In this document: positions 11,457-24,510 of the stretch, in pieces | Layout: the number at the start of each line of letters is the position of its first letter | Numbering within the stretch: the first letter of the stretch is position 1 | Assembly: GCF_001194135.2 (NCBI RefSeq) | Contig: NC_069004.1 | Location: 21,231,582 to 21,295,581 of the forward strand | Direction of reading: 5' to 3' | DNA: 64,000 nucleotides | Origin: Octopus bimaculoides | Taxonomy: Eukaryota | Notes under the pieces: generated by a model | The model's database searches: none | What the model was told of the DNA's origin: nothing | The model's input: the letters and a program-made list of their open reading frames with translations, nothing else | Made by a program: the position numbers and the translations under genes

Positions 11457-14400
11457 GCATAGTAGTAAGTGTGCATATGTGTGGAAGTATATGTGTGTGC
11501 ATGTACATGCGTGTGTGAACATGTGTAATGGCGTATGTGTGGATGTGTATATGCATATGTGTGTGAGTGCACGTGTGCGCCTGTATGTGTGTGCGGATGT
11601 GCATGCATGTGTGTGTGGTGTGTGCATGCGTGGGTGTGTGATAGGGTGTGAGGGGCGAGATGACAAATGTGTGAGTGCGTTGGTGTTGTTATAAGTGTAT
11701 TTGTGAGTGTCTGTGTATATGTGCGTATGAGTGGGGGGAATCTGTGGGTGTGTGTGGCTGTGTATGAGTGTATGGAGATGTGTGTGGCTGTATATATATG
11801 AGTGTGCTTATAAATGTGTGTATGTGAATAAAAAAATTAAAAATACAAATTAAAATGAAAATAAAAATGAAAACATTGAAAAATAATAATGAAATTAAGA
11901 TTATCTAAATAAATAACAGAAATTAAATAAAATAAAAAGGTGTGTGGAGAATGTCACTGAAAGGAGGGGTTTGTGTTGAGTAGAAAAGGGGTTTGAGTCA
12001 GGGTTAGGGTAAAAATGTAGTGCTGTTCAAGGTGAAGTCTAGTGTTGGTGGATTTATGGTGTTCTTACATAGACAAATGCCTCGTAGGTGTTTGGTGAAC
12101 TGGTCAGCTAACCAATGGCCCATCTGACCAACATGAAGTTTGAGGAAGTGTAGGAGAAGGAGTTGCGGATGTAGAGGGTGTGCTGCTTAGAACATTTTAT
12201 TTTATTTAATTTCTGTTATTTATTTATTTATATACTGTTTTATTATTTTTCAATGTTTTAATTTTAATTTTTATTTTAATTTGTATTTTTAATGTTTTTA
12301 TTCACATACACACACTCACACATATACCCACACATTCATACGCACACCACGAATACATACACACTAATAACAACACCAATACACTCACACACTTGTCATC
12401 TCACCCCTTACACATCTCACACACACATGCACATCCATGTGCATACACACACATCCATGCATGCACACTTATGTGCACTCACACATGCATGCATGTACAC
12501 ACATCCACACACACACACATGCTCTTACACATACTCACAATCATACGTACACATACACACACATATATACTCCCACACATTTACGCCCACTACTATGCAT
12601 ATAGATACACACTCCCATACATGCCTGCCCACACATATACTTGTGTATACGCACACAAAAACCCCCACACACTCTACCTCACCCCTCTTTCTCCCTCTCA
12701 TATATGCATACACACACATGGATGCACCTATACCTCCAAACACAACACATATGCACACACATACACACATCTACATACACTTCCACACACACTCACACAC
12801 ACACATAAAGAGAGAGAGATACACAGAGCAACACACATGTGCACCCATACACACATACATACACACACATTCCCACTCCGGCCACATGCAAACACACACA
12901 CACTGCCACACCTACCTTTCATGACTGCCGCTGACTTGCTATTGACCACTCCGTCTGCGCACACATGCAAACACACCTTTCACGACTACCACTACACACA
13001 TGCTACTACATACACACACCTACTGACCATCTTCACACTCTCCTGTCCCTAAAAAATGCTTTCTCTATCTCCTTCTACTTCTACTGGTCATTTCAGAAAT
13101 GTAACTCCACATGGGCCTTGATGATTTTCCTTCTCTTTCTTTAGTCTTTTCCCTTTCTCCTTTCCAACAAAAGGCAATGCTTGAAACATTAAAAACTCCC
13201 TCCTTTCCCTGTCTTTCAAGCTAATATAATTCTTCTGCATGTCCTCATGTTCGGTTTTTTTCTTTTTTCGATTTTTGGGTTGTTTGTTCATTGAATTGAC
13301 TATTTATTGCATGCTCACACAGACAGTTCTCCTCCTTCTGACTGTTTTGGAGCACCTGATTCATGGATTTCTTACTCTACCATTGGATTATGTTACCTTT
13401 GAATTCATTCAAAGTATGTCATTTCTGCATCTTTTCATGTTGGCTAAATATTTTTTCATACTATCTCTTAAATAATCCTTACTTGTTCATGATGCGCCTG
13501 CCCATTCCTGTCCCCACCACCAATTCCGGATATCTTACTTCTCTCACTGGAAACCCCCTCCCTCACTGGTGGTCTCCTCTATCATACCTGCAATCTCACC
13601 TCTCTCCCCCTCTCTCTCAGGACTAACACAATCAGTTTAGCAGCCCACCTACTTAACCTAACATTGGCACATTGATATTCACATTTACAATTCTCCAAAC
13701 CAGATCTCTATTTGCACACTGAACCTGCTCTACACGCATGCATTTTTCACACTTGGGCATTTCAACAAGCCACTACCACTAAACATCCTAACCACACGAT
13801 AGCATATGCACCAAAAAATATACAGAAATGCTTAAATAATTTCAACACAGCATAATATGCTTACGAAATACTTCCCTCTGTTTTATGAAAGTATCTCCAA
13901 AAATGAACAAATTTGCTGTCGATCCAAGAGACATAACTTACCTTTTAAAATACTGAGTTAACATCCCCTCCAAGTGAAACAAACATTCACTCTTAATTCT
14001 TTTATTCAAACAATCTTTTTTATTAATGGTAGACATTTTGTAAACAAACCTGATAATTGCTGAGTTTGGTGATGATCTCTTAATCTAAGCTTGGCCAGAT
14101 ATCTTCCCCTTAGCATGGAGATAACAAAAGACTATTAACTGGCAATATGCAGGACTGCATAAAACCTGCTGTTTTGTACAAGTTTTGGGAAATACTTGTT
14201 GAAATGGTAAAGTGCAACCCCACCTGCTTTTTGTTTTGTGCAGGCATCTTCCCACTTTCTATGGCCAATTTTATATCCTCACATCCCCCACTTCTATTTT
14301 CCTAACCAATGTACTTATTCTGTAGCCTCTTATCACCCCATCATCTCTCTTACTCACTGTGCTATGCCATGCCAACACTTAGAGGAAAATACTTGATTTG

Positions 14401-15869
14401 TATGCAGAAAGGAGATACTCCCTTCTCTATACCTCCGTCATCTATATCCTGCCACCTCTTCTTTCCTCAAATCTTGATGCTTGAATAAGGAGGGATTGTA
14501 ATCTGATAACCTTTACCCATCCTCAGAGATTCTCCTATTGTCACACTTTCTTGAACATATTACCTCAAGGATATGCTCTGGACCCTTCATCATCATCTTA
14601 TTCCTACTTCACACACTGTTCTATCCTGCTGTATATACTTTGGGGTAGGACTGCATCATCTTCTACCCCCCCCCCACTGTTTTATAACTTTCTAATTCTC
14701 TCTTTTATTAACACCCTGACCCCACTTTTCACTTTCCCCCTTCCCTAATATTGTCCCTTTTTGTCTCTTTCCTATCACAATCTCTCAACAATAAACTTGT
14801 GTAACTCCAGTAAGAACTATCTTGGACCCTAATGAACCATCCAACTCATGCTAGCATGGCAGATAGACTATCCCACTCCATCCTTGGGTTCACTTACTCA
14901 GTATATTCCATCACTATTACCATTTTGTCCTTGCCTCTCCTTTACATTAATCCCTGACATAACTCTCCTCCTTTTCTTCTCTCCTCTCTCCATTATTCCC
15001 ACCCCAACACTGACTCCTCTTATTTTTTCCATCTTCTCACAACAGTAAATCTTTTCCACCCATCATGGGGCTTCTCTTTTGGTTTGCAAGCTACAAGGTG
15101 ATGTCCTTCCCTCACCCCAACAGTTCTAGTGCCTTAAAAAGCAAACAGTATACTGTGTAAGTGATTGGTAATTGGTTTGAATAGCACCAATGCACAACTT
15201 GAGAGAACTTTTTAGTCTTGCTCAGGGTTGGCCAGCCTGAGGCCCACAGACTTTTATCTTGCAGCCTGCTTGATACTTTCTTGAAATGGGTTTATTTAAA
15301 CAAACAGTTTTAAAATTTTATCAAAAATTAAAGATTGTAATGAAAAGGAAAAAAGAAGATACCACTGTTTTTGCAATCATAATATTTCATGTTGAATCAA
15401 CAATCATCCATGCATTATTGTAATAATAGCATGAGAAAGCAAAATGCTTTCAATTCTGTCAGTGTACAAGTGGCCCTCAAAAAACTTTCTGTGACTAAAG
15501 TTGCCCATAATGTAATTTGAGTTGGCCAGGCCTGGTCTTGTTGATAGTAAGGCAACCTCTATGACGCTGGTGCCATGATAAAAGGCACCCAGTACACTTT
15601 GTAAAGTGGTTGGTGTTAGGAAGGGTATCTTGTCATAGAAACCATGCTGAAATGTGACATTGGAGGAAGACATGATCCTTCAACCTTTTGAAATCTTTTG
15701 AACCATCCTACTCATGTCAGCATGGGAAATGGACATAAAATGATGAGGGGAAGGATAATAAATTTAAATATCATTTATCTCATTATAATAAATTTGAATA
15801 TTTACTATTTCATTGTCGTAGTCCATTATAATAGACTTAAATATTTGATTATAATTTATCTGGATATTA

Positions 15870-16047
15870 CCATATTTTAACGTGTATAAGGAATCCTATT
15901 TTGTCAAAACTTAGGTTAAAAAATATGGGAGTTTCTTATACATAGATAATATTATAATCCCTTACAAAACCTTTTTTCCAAATTTTAAGCCCCCAAAATT
16001 AGGGGGTTCCTTATACACGAGGGTTCCTTATACATGTTAAAATACAA
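15870..16047. mobile_element. Tc1/mariner-type MITE just upstream of a PMM exon
   Basis: TA|CCATATTTTAACGTGTATAAGGA ... TCCTTATACATGTTAAAATACAA|TA; imperfect TIRs with TA flanks. Confidence 0.6.
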
Positions 16048-16095
16048 TATATTTCCCAGTTACATATTGTTTATTTGTTCTTTCAAACCTTTCAG

Positions 16096-16287
16096 GAACA
16101 TCAAGTTCGGAAGAAATTCGTCAATGCCTTGTATGAAAGGTTCCCAGACTTAGGTTTACATTATGTAATTGGTGGTCAGATTAGTATTGATGTCATACCT
16201 GAGGGCTGGAATAAAAGTTACTGCCTGAAATATGTTGAAAGAGATGGTTTCAAGACAATACATTTTTTCGGAGACAAGACACAGCCA
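16096..16287 (+). CDS. PMM2: Phosphomannomutase internal exon
   Basis: tttcag|GAA...CAG CCA|gtaagg; EHQVRKKFVNALYERFPDLGLHYVIGGQISIDVIPEGWNKSYCLKYVERDGFKTIHFFGDKTQP, with IGGQIS.D and FFGDKT motifs; 192 bp, phase 0/0. Confidence 0.97.
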
Positions 16288-16819
16288 GTAAGGAAAACCA
16301 TTTTGATATCTTGATTAATTGTTGTTGTTGTTGTTTAGCCCTAGGTCAGCCATGAGTGATCTGATTTATGATGAGAGCTAATCAAGCCAAGACTGTTCCT
16401 ACCTTCTTTCAGGTCTTACATTATCTTGGACGAGGTGCAGATGTGGCTGTGAAGTAAGAAGTTTGCTTCTCAAGCACATGGTTTTGAGTTCTTGTGCTAC
16501 AACCCCAGACTGACCAAAGCCTTGTGAGTGGATTTGGTAAAGAGAAACTATGTGGAACTCAATCGTGTGTGTGTGTGTGTGTATGTGTGTGTATATGTGT
16601 TACTGTCAACTTGTCTTGGCATTGCATAATAGTTACAAACGAGTGTCAGCATCATGCAAGCAATGTCCTTTGTTCCCCATTTTGCATGGAAAACATGTCT
16701 TGTCATGGGGAAAATATTATCTTAACTGGAAACAGTTGAGGGTTAGCAACAGGAAGAGTGTCTGGCTGTAAGAATTTACCTCAATAAATTCCATTTGACC
16801 CTTGTAAACATGGAAAAAT

Positions 16820-17160
16820 GGACAGGCGTGGCTATGTGGTAAGAAGTTTGCTTCTCAATCACATGGCTCTGTGTTTAGTCCCTTTATGTTGTACCTTGGG
16901 TAAGTGTCTTCTACTCTATCTTCAAGCTGACCAAAGCCTTGTGAGTGGATTTGGTAGAAAGAAACTGAAAGAAGTCCTTTGTGTATGTGTGTGTATATGT
17001 GTTTGTCCCTGTAACTTAGCAGTTCAGTAAAAGTTATTGATAGAATAAGTATCAAGCTTAAAAAGAAAATAAGTAATGGAGTCGGTTCAGTTGACTAAAA
17101 ACTCTTCAAGACAGTGCTGTAGCATGGCCACAGTCTAATGACTGAAACAAACAAAAGATT
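16820..17160 (+). mobile_element. tRNA-derived SINE (family A), near full length
   Basis: ggcgtggctatgtggtaagaagtttgcttc head, CORE-like cttgggtaagtgtcttctact block, 3' gtgctgtagcatggccacagtc. Confidence 0.75.
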
Positions 17161-17257
17161 AGTTTAGTGTAGTTTGGCTGTCCTCCTGGATGCTTCAATG
17201 ATTTCATGTGAGTATGCTTTTCAATGTCCTGAATGACTGAATGTTACATTCCTGTTA

Positions 17258-17460
17258 AGAATGGTTCTGAATGTTACATGGAGAACTCATTTGAGCAACG
17301 AGAAACTTTATCAAGATCTACCCAAAGTGACTGAGACGATTCAGCAGAGAAGAATGAGAATTGCTGGTCATTGCATCAGGCATCCAGAAGAACCTGTGTG
17401 TCAATTGAAGAAAGAATTAACAGGAAGAGTAAAAGATTAAAATGATGATGATGATGATTT
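17258..17460 (+). mobile_element. Non-LTR retrotransposon C-terminal fragment (RTE-like)
   Basis: RMVLNVTWRTHLSNEKLYQDLPKVTETIQQRRMRIAGHCIRHPEEPV followed by an (ATG)n tail. Confidence 0.6.
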
Positions 17461-18174
17461 CGATATCTAATGTAACTCATCTTTTTTAATACTGTAGGAT
17501 GTCATTTGATAGGAATGTTTTTTGCTATTTTTGCTGATCAAAGGACTGCTTAAAGTCTTTATTGGTTTGTATTGTTGTCGTTTAGTCTATTGTTACTGTT
17601 CTTGAGTAAATCTACATTCATGACATTCCATTAGTGATACAGGTATCTAGGATTAAGTTGCTCACTAATGTTTTTCTTTAATTGGGTGAGATCTAGCTGT
17701 TATTTCTAATAGAGCAAACAACTAAATACGTATACACTCCCTCACTGGCTTCAATCAAATTAAGTCGTTGCTGTCATTTCGCTAAAGTCAACTCCAACTG
17801 AATAGTTGTTCCAACCATGACCATCCTGTCACTTTATGGATATCCAATACGTCTTTTCTTCCTTTTCTTTAAAGATGGGTGTGTTTTGAGGGTAATTTGG
17901 CTATTACTTTTGGCAAGTTGAGCAACCAAGCAGAGACTCCTTCTTTTGTTATTATTGTTGATGAGGTGTAAGGCAGCATGCTGGCAGAATTGTTACTGCA
18001 CCAGGCAAAATGCTGCTAAGCATTTTGCTCATCTTTGTGTTTTGAGTTCAAATTCCACTGAAGTTCACTTTGCCTTTCATCCTTTCAGGGTCGATAAAAT
18101 AAGTACTAGTCAATGTAATCAACTTACCTCCACTCCTGAAATTGCTGGCCTTGTGCCAAAATTTGAAATAATTA

Positions 18175-19938
18175 CACTAGCCAACAAAATTAAATGCATT
18201 ATACTCATTGTGAATGCAAACCAATTTTTTAAAGCTAATTTTTCATGCTGATTTCAAAATTTCACTCCATTTGTATGCCGCACTTATCAGTTTTTCAGTA
18301 GATAGATGCAAATATTTACATATTTGTATATATGAAATCATTAATGTAATAAATAAGGACATATTATATTTAGAAAGTAAATGAGTTTATTGAGTTAAAA
18401 ATCATCACTGTCATTCTACAAAGAGTGAATACACAAAAATGGGTCAGACAAAACAGACAAAGAACAACAGAGTTAGAAACATTGTGATTTGGATTTCCTG
18501 CAGTGTTCTTGATCTGGTTGATCATGGTAAAGTGTCCAGCAGTAGTCAGCCAGCAGACTGTCATTCCAGAAGCCTTGGCATTGTTTGTCCATAGCACTAA
18601 TGTCCTGGTGAAATCTTTCATGTTCATCTGACACTGCTCCAAGGTTATCTGCAAAGAAATACAGATGGGAGTCCAAGAAGTGAACTTTCAGTGACATGCG
18701 ACATCCCATTGATGAGTAACATTTCAGAAGATTCTTGATGCCATCCTTGTAGTCCATTGCCCAAGAAATTCTCACAGATCCAGTTGAAAGCATTCCAGGC
18801 AGGCATTTCCAGTTCGTCCAGTGTTGTCTTGAAGTTGACATCTTTGAGTACTTCTCTTTCAACTTCGCCTGTGTGATTTTGGGAAACTTTTCTACAATAT
18901 ACTCAAACCCTCTGGCATTTCTCTTCCCTAGTGTCTTTACAAACTGTTTCATCAGTCCAAGCTTTTTGTGCAAAGGATCATGATTTTGTGATAAACATTT
19001 GAAAAGTCCATTATGTTACTGCAAAAGCAAAGCAAGCCTTCAACAGAAAAACACATTTGTAGAACCACATTTCTCAGCCGAAAATAAGTTATACAAACAC
19101 TGTGCTCTAGCAAATACTTCTCCTTCAGTCTTGATGCCAACAGTTCTCTTTATCTTTTGAGAGGGATAGTCCAGCTTGGGAAAATTTCTGAGGTTCAAAG
19201 CTATCGTCATCAGCTACGTAATATTCCTTAGCAGCACTATCATGACAGTCAACATCATCATATGATGTTTCAGTACCATCATGTGGTGGGGTCTCGTTGC
19301 AGAATCCAAATTGGGATACACAATTTTGTGTTTCTTTTTCACAGAAAATCCTGTGACATTTACTTTGCAAAAAGTGGTGCCCATAACTTGTCCATAACAG
19401 TCAAAGTACAGCTTATAAATCTTCTTGATTTCTGGTATTATTGTATGTTTTTGAGCTTTCACAATAAATTATCCATAGACATAACAAAACACATCAGGAT
19501 GATTTCTACACTGTTTTGACATTGTTAACACTGTAAAACAAGTAAAGAAATAGATACAAACAGTTATACTTATATTGTATTTGAGTTGATGAAATATTTC
19601 ATCAGACCAATTATGACTGGACAATTTGAGATGTTGAAATACTTATTTCATGAGATAAAACTTGATTGGTTAATTTAAGATGATGAAATATTGCATCTGA
19701 ACTATGCAGCAATGAATAACATAGTTTATTTTAAAGGTATGTTTCCACGATGTAAATGGAATACATGCATACATATCATTAATTGGAATTTCTATATAAT
19801 GCTAGAACCAAAGAACTTTCTCATCTTGAAAACTGTACATGATGTCAAAAAAACTAACTGCATATTTGGAATCAGCATTAAAAACTACACTAAGTCCACC
19901 TTGACATATGCTTGATGAAAAATACTTGTTGACCAGTG
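18175..19938 (-). mobile_element. Chapaev3-like (CMC) DNA transposon, internally deleted
   Basis: TIRs CACTAGCCAACAAAAT / TACTTGTTGACCAGTG with TA flanks; transposase pieces KIYKLYFDC..KIVYPNLDSA and RMSLKVHFLDSHLYFFADNLGAVSDEH-ERFHQDI..LADYCWTL. Family name is from recalled motifs. Confidence 0.75.
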
Positions 19939-20125
19939 TAATTATTGATGAGGTTTCTTTGTTCTTTCATTAGTGGAAAATGGAGAAGTTAACAAGTTAG
20001 CAGGGATTGCAGTTAGGGGTTTGAGCATCTGTATTAACTTAGGATAGACAGGACACAACTAGTAATATGCTTGCTTCTGCTGCTGCTACTATAGACAGGG
20101 CTACTGCTACTATTACGACTAAAAT

Positions 20126-20143
20126 TATTACTACTACTTCTGT

Positions 20144-20201
<58 letters not shown>

Positions 20202-20217
20202 TCTTCTTCTTCTTTTT

Positions 20218-20248
<31 letters not shown>

Positions 20249-20389
20249 GCCCAGATATAAGTAGTAGTTAAGATGTACACTTCACAACCCCATATTCCTG
20301 GGTTTGATTTCACCCTGTACTGTAGGTGGAACTGTCTTATACATTGTGAGTAGATTTTAGTAGATGGAATCTGACCTAAAGTCTGTTGT

Positions 20390-20443
<54 letters not shown>
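20126..20443. repeat. Compound microsatellites (ACT)n-(TCT)n and (GT)n
   Basis: Directly visible; many other (CA)n, (TA)n, (AAT)n, (AG)n and (TCTA)n tracts occur across the window. Confidence 0.95.
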
Positions 20444-20445
<2 letters not shown>

Positions 20446-21909
20446 TATTTCATCAATGTATATTAGCAAGGAAACCAATGAACGTCATATATAATGGCTC
20501 GGGAAGGCCATTAAGCCACTAATGAACACATGCACTGGTTGTATTTCACTTCCTCTTATTATTATTATTATTAATCTACGAGTTAACATTTAACCAACTG
20601 ATTGTTTGATTAATCATTTGGTTAATCGATCAATTAGCTAGGTTTCTCAGTCCTTTTGTCACCATTTGCAACCTTATCAATGATATGCACTCTCTGCTGA
20701 ATATCTGCTTCAAGTGTGTTTGTCTCTAAATTTAATGATATCCTCATCATCATCATCATCCTTTAACATCCATTGTCTATGCTGGCATGGGTTGGACAGT
20801 TTGATCAGAGCTGGCAAGTTGGGGAGCTGCACCAGGTTCCAGTCTGATTTGGCATGGTTTCTGCAGCTGGATGCTCTTCCTAACGCCAACCACTTTACAA
20901 TGTGTGTCGGGTGCTTTTAATGTGGAACCAGCAACATGTGTACATTTATGTGGTACTGGCACGTGTACTTTTTATGTGGCACTGGCACAGGACTATATTT
21001 ATATGGATGTAAGAATATAAGAGAAAGAGGGGAGACAGAGTGTGTGTATGTGTGTGTGTGCATGTGTGTGTGTGTGTGTGTGTGTGTGCGCGTACATGAT
21101 TGTCCCTGTATCATGGTGTGAATTCTGAAGAGTGTGAAGGAGAACATGTACGTGTGTATTTCTGTCAAAATCTGTTTCAACACATGAACTCATGTCAAGA
21201 ATCTCACAAACCAAATACAAAATTGCAATAAACGGTACTTTGTTCATTGCACAAATGATCTCTTGTCACTCTCATTATCAAAAATGCAATGAGCCAATAA
21301 CTGATTTGTATCTGGTAGAAAATTTTAGCAAATGGTACAAATATATGCTCACTTACAGAATCATGTATTAAAAACAGATTCACTGAAACATACTGAATGC
21401 AACATGTATTTAAAAGCAATATTGTAATGGGCTATAGGATAAATTTGTTAATTTTTTTCTACTTGACATCCCAGCATCACATGTTTTAAAAGGGGTAAAA
21501 TTTATTCTTCCTCTGCAACTTTTGTTGTAGAGGAAGAATAGAGCTAAAAAAAACTCACCAAAAACACTACAGTAAAACTAGGTTCTGTGGAACAGTGTTG
21601 TGTGTGGTCAATTGAAGCACTTTGTGTTGAATTGATGTTTTTTCTTTCTTTCTTTTTGTCTTTCCTCTATTTTTTCCCTTGTTTTTCTTTCTTCATTCAT
21701 TTTTGTGTTTTCTTCGATTCTGAATTTGTATTTTAATGTGGTTCTTTTTTTTATCATATACGTATCATAAAAAGAAAATTGATTAATATGAAAATTTTTA
21801 TGTTAATTTAAGTAACATTGGGAAAAACGAGAATAAATGAAAAAAAATTATTTGATAGCCCAATATCTTTTCTTGTTTCTTTATTCTCTCTCTCTCTCTC
21901 TCCCATCAG

Positions 21910-22014
21910 GGTGGCAATGATCATGAGATATATGAAGATAAACGCACTATTGGTCACATGGTGAAGAATCCTGATGATACCATACAACAACTTAATGAAC
22001 TATTTTTGGGATGA
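21910..22014 (+). CDS. PMM2: Phosphomannomutase terminal coding exon
   Basis: catcag|GGT GGC AAT GAT...GGA TGA; [34 protein letters not shown] completes the GDKT..GGND HAD motif. Confidence 0.96.
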   Translation, partial: GGNDHEIYEDKRTIGHMVKNPDDTIQQLNELFLG

Positions 22015-22535
22015 AAATTATCTATATATTTTTATTTGAATTATATTTTTATTATTTCAATTATTAGTGGGCATGTAAAAAAAAAAATACAAAGAAAGTT
22101 CTGGAAAAATGTAATGAAGATAAAAAAAAAAGAAATACAACTAACAAGTGAAGGAATATCTACTTCAGTGAGGGTCACCAAAGGATTTGGTTTGGTTTGG
22201 TACAACTGATCACTGCTTGGGTTGAAATCTGTTTACATGATTGATGGTTTATCTCTGAATTTTGGTTTATATTCTAGGCTGGAATGACTGTCTCAGTAAT
22301 TTGTGTTTTGGTTCATCATCAATTAGAGTTCTCTGCAAGATTGTATATGTGAAGGTTTATAAGGTTTATATGCATGCATGCATATATATTATATAAATAT
22401 AATATACATATAGAACAGAATTATATATACATGCATATATATTTCGCTTAGGCATTGTGAGCCTAATAACCTGGTGTAGAACTCAATTTACATAGGCTTC
22501 CGAATGATGCATTGAGTACAGAATGGTTAGGAAAA

Positions 22536-22557
22536 AATAAAATGACAAAGGAATAAA
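22536..22557 (+). promoter_or_regulatory. Candidate PMM polyadenylation signals
   Basis: AATAAA at 22536-22541 and 22552-22557, about 520 nt after the stop codon; no transcript evidence. Confidence 0.3.
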
Positions 22558-22704
22558 CGATTAACTTTATCATCATCATATTTGAGGCTCTGGTGAAGTT
22601 ATAAGGTGTTACTCAAACACTCAACTATGAGTCCAGTGCATCTTATAGTAGAAACAGCTGTAAGCTAATTAAGTTCATAAGATAATTGTTTATTCCTTTG
22701 TCAT
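22542..22704 (+). mobile_element. Small element with 17-bp inverted termini and a decayed hammerhead-like motif
   Basis: ATGACAAAGGAATAAAC / GTTTATTCCTTTGTCAT; internal gct-CTGGTGA-ag-ttataaggtg..catcttatag-ta-GAAAC-AGCT-GTA-agc. Confidence 0.5.
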
Positions 22705-22876
22705 ATTATTTCCTTGTATATATATATATCATCATCATCATCATCATCATCGTTTAACGTCCGCTTTCCATGCTAGCATGGGTTGGACGACTTGACTGAG
22801 GACTGGTGAAACTGGATGGCAACACCAGGCTCCACCGGAGCAAGCACATAAATGTGCAACAAGATGGAAAAAAGAG

Positions 22877-22914
<38 letters not shown>

Positions 22915-23516
22915 CCAGTTTGGGCTATCTCTAGTTTATATTTTAAGTTTTCAATATTGTATTGAAATTTTCAATTTCAATAACAAACTTTTACTCTACA
23001 GTATTGGCATTCTGAGAAAGAGAGTAAAAAAAGAAAGGTGGGGCAGGCAGCAGGCTTGCTGAAAAGATAAAAACCCTATCTAGATTCCACAAACAACCAA
23101 TAAACCTCAACTTCCATTTCTGAATCCTTACCAGTCTGAAGATACACATTACAATAGAAACCACCCATCACTGAGGTATTGAATCTACTCATTCCAATAG
23201 CACATACATAAATAAAACAACAACAACAACAACAAAAATCAGAAACTTGCTGCAAGGTGAGCACACAGCAGGAGAAATCTTCAGAGGAAGAACTCCCATC
23301 TGACAAGTATTTCAGCTCTTACTCCTGACACACTATGGGAGTCAGGCCATGACCCCTAGGTGTTCTGCTGCTTTCCAAAATCCTTTCCCCAGCATTCTTT
23401 TTGTGATCTTGTGTTCCCAGGTCTGTGTTTCAGACTACTAGGCCATGCTAACCACTGAAGGAACCAGTTCTCTTCTTCCTTATATTTCAGATAAATGGAA
23501 TCTATAACTTGATCCA

Positions 23517-23765
23517 TTAGTCATTTCTCTTTGCCCATATCCACATTGAGCTCTTTTCAGCAACATCAGATAAGCATTTGATTGTGGCAGTACTGCAACC
23601 TTTGATACCAAACTGTCCAAATAACTGGCAGGTTGATGCAGCTATGAATCCTTGTGATCCAACTTCAACTGGTTTCACAATACAATGGTAACCCTCTCTC
23701 CCTAGCTGCTTTACCAGCTCACCATATTTGCTCATCTTAAAGATGTGCTGCGAAACATTTTCCAA
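23517..23765 (-). mobile_element. Hero-like (RLE-clade) non-LTR retrotransposon C-terminal fragment
   Basis: KYGELVKQLGREGYHCIVKPVEVGSQGF...GIKG...AEKSSMWIWAKR matches the restriction-like endonuclease tail KY..L....GW...PVEVG.RGF...AE..S.W.W.KR. Confidence 0.65.
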
Positions 23766-24129
23766 AAGGCAGTAAATACTATAGAATATCTAATAAACAC
23801 AGAGTTTCCATATAAACAATAACAACAATAGTAATCAGAATTATAGATCAATAAATAGTAACAATGTCAACATAAGCAAACGAACCATAAGTAACCCAAC
23901 TAGGCATCAGGATAGGAACTATGGTTTGATAACCTATAAATGGAAGCTACCTGAACAAACTCCTGCATTAACCTGGAAGTGGAAGGTGTGAGTCCTAGAA
24001 AGTGCAGTACTCAATGTTTTTTATGTGGGTAAGAGTAATAACTAAGAAGAGAGACAGGAGAATTTAGAAATCACCTCTAGTGAAGATGAAGTGGAAACTA
24101 TTAATGGAAGTAGTAGAACTATCAAAAGC

Positions 24130-24510
24130 GATTGTGTAAGGAACAGGGTTTGCCTGCTTTACTCTAATTGTAGGTATAAAATTATTGTATACAAATGTAA
24201 GGTTACCTCAAAGACTTATTGGAGCTAGCTCACATTATATCAAGCAATGATCCGCCAATCATTTAAATTCATTTAGAAATAGGGACAAAATGTTCACCAC
24301 TAGCCTTAGTAAACTAATTTGGGCACTAACAGATAGTAACAAAGTATATTCAGTTGCCTTGGAAATAATTAGTAAGGCAAAACCTTATAGAATAGGTGAT
24401 AACAGATGTACTTTTGTGCAGAAGAAATGTACCAAATTTTCATTTCTAAATTTACTCAAGACAGGAACAGGCTCTAAGATATCCACACTTGAGAAAATGT
24501 ATGTTTAAGC
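24130..24510 (+). mobile_element. Penelope-like GIY-YIG endonuclease fragment
   Basis: IVYKCKVTS..IGASS..IKQ*SANHLNSFRNRDKMFTTSLSKLIWAL..YSVALEIISKAKPYRIGDNRC, with frameshifts and stops. Confidence 0.7.

Larger units (their letters stand above)
9060..13270 (-). mobile_element. Penelope-like relic: GIY-YIG fragment between two inverted 3'-tail copies
   Basis: Arms 9060-11940 (interrupted at 9489-11456) and 12200-13270 are reverse-complement homologues; the minus-strand spacer encodes LHVGQMGHWLADQFTKHLRGI, resembling PLE YVGQTGRRLADRFAEHLRDI. Confidence 0.6.

Noticed and set aside
12292-13052. His/Thr-rich 210-219 aa ORFs, and similar CV/YI/poly-I/poly-M ORFs elsewhere
   Set aside because: Translations of (CA)n, (TA)n, (AAT)n and (GAT)n microsatellites.
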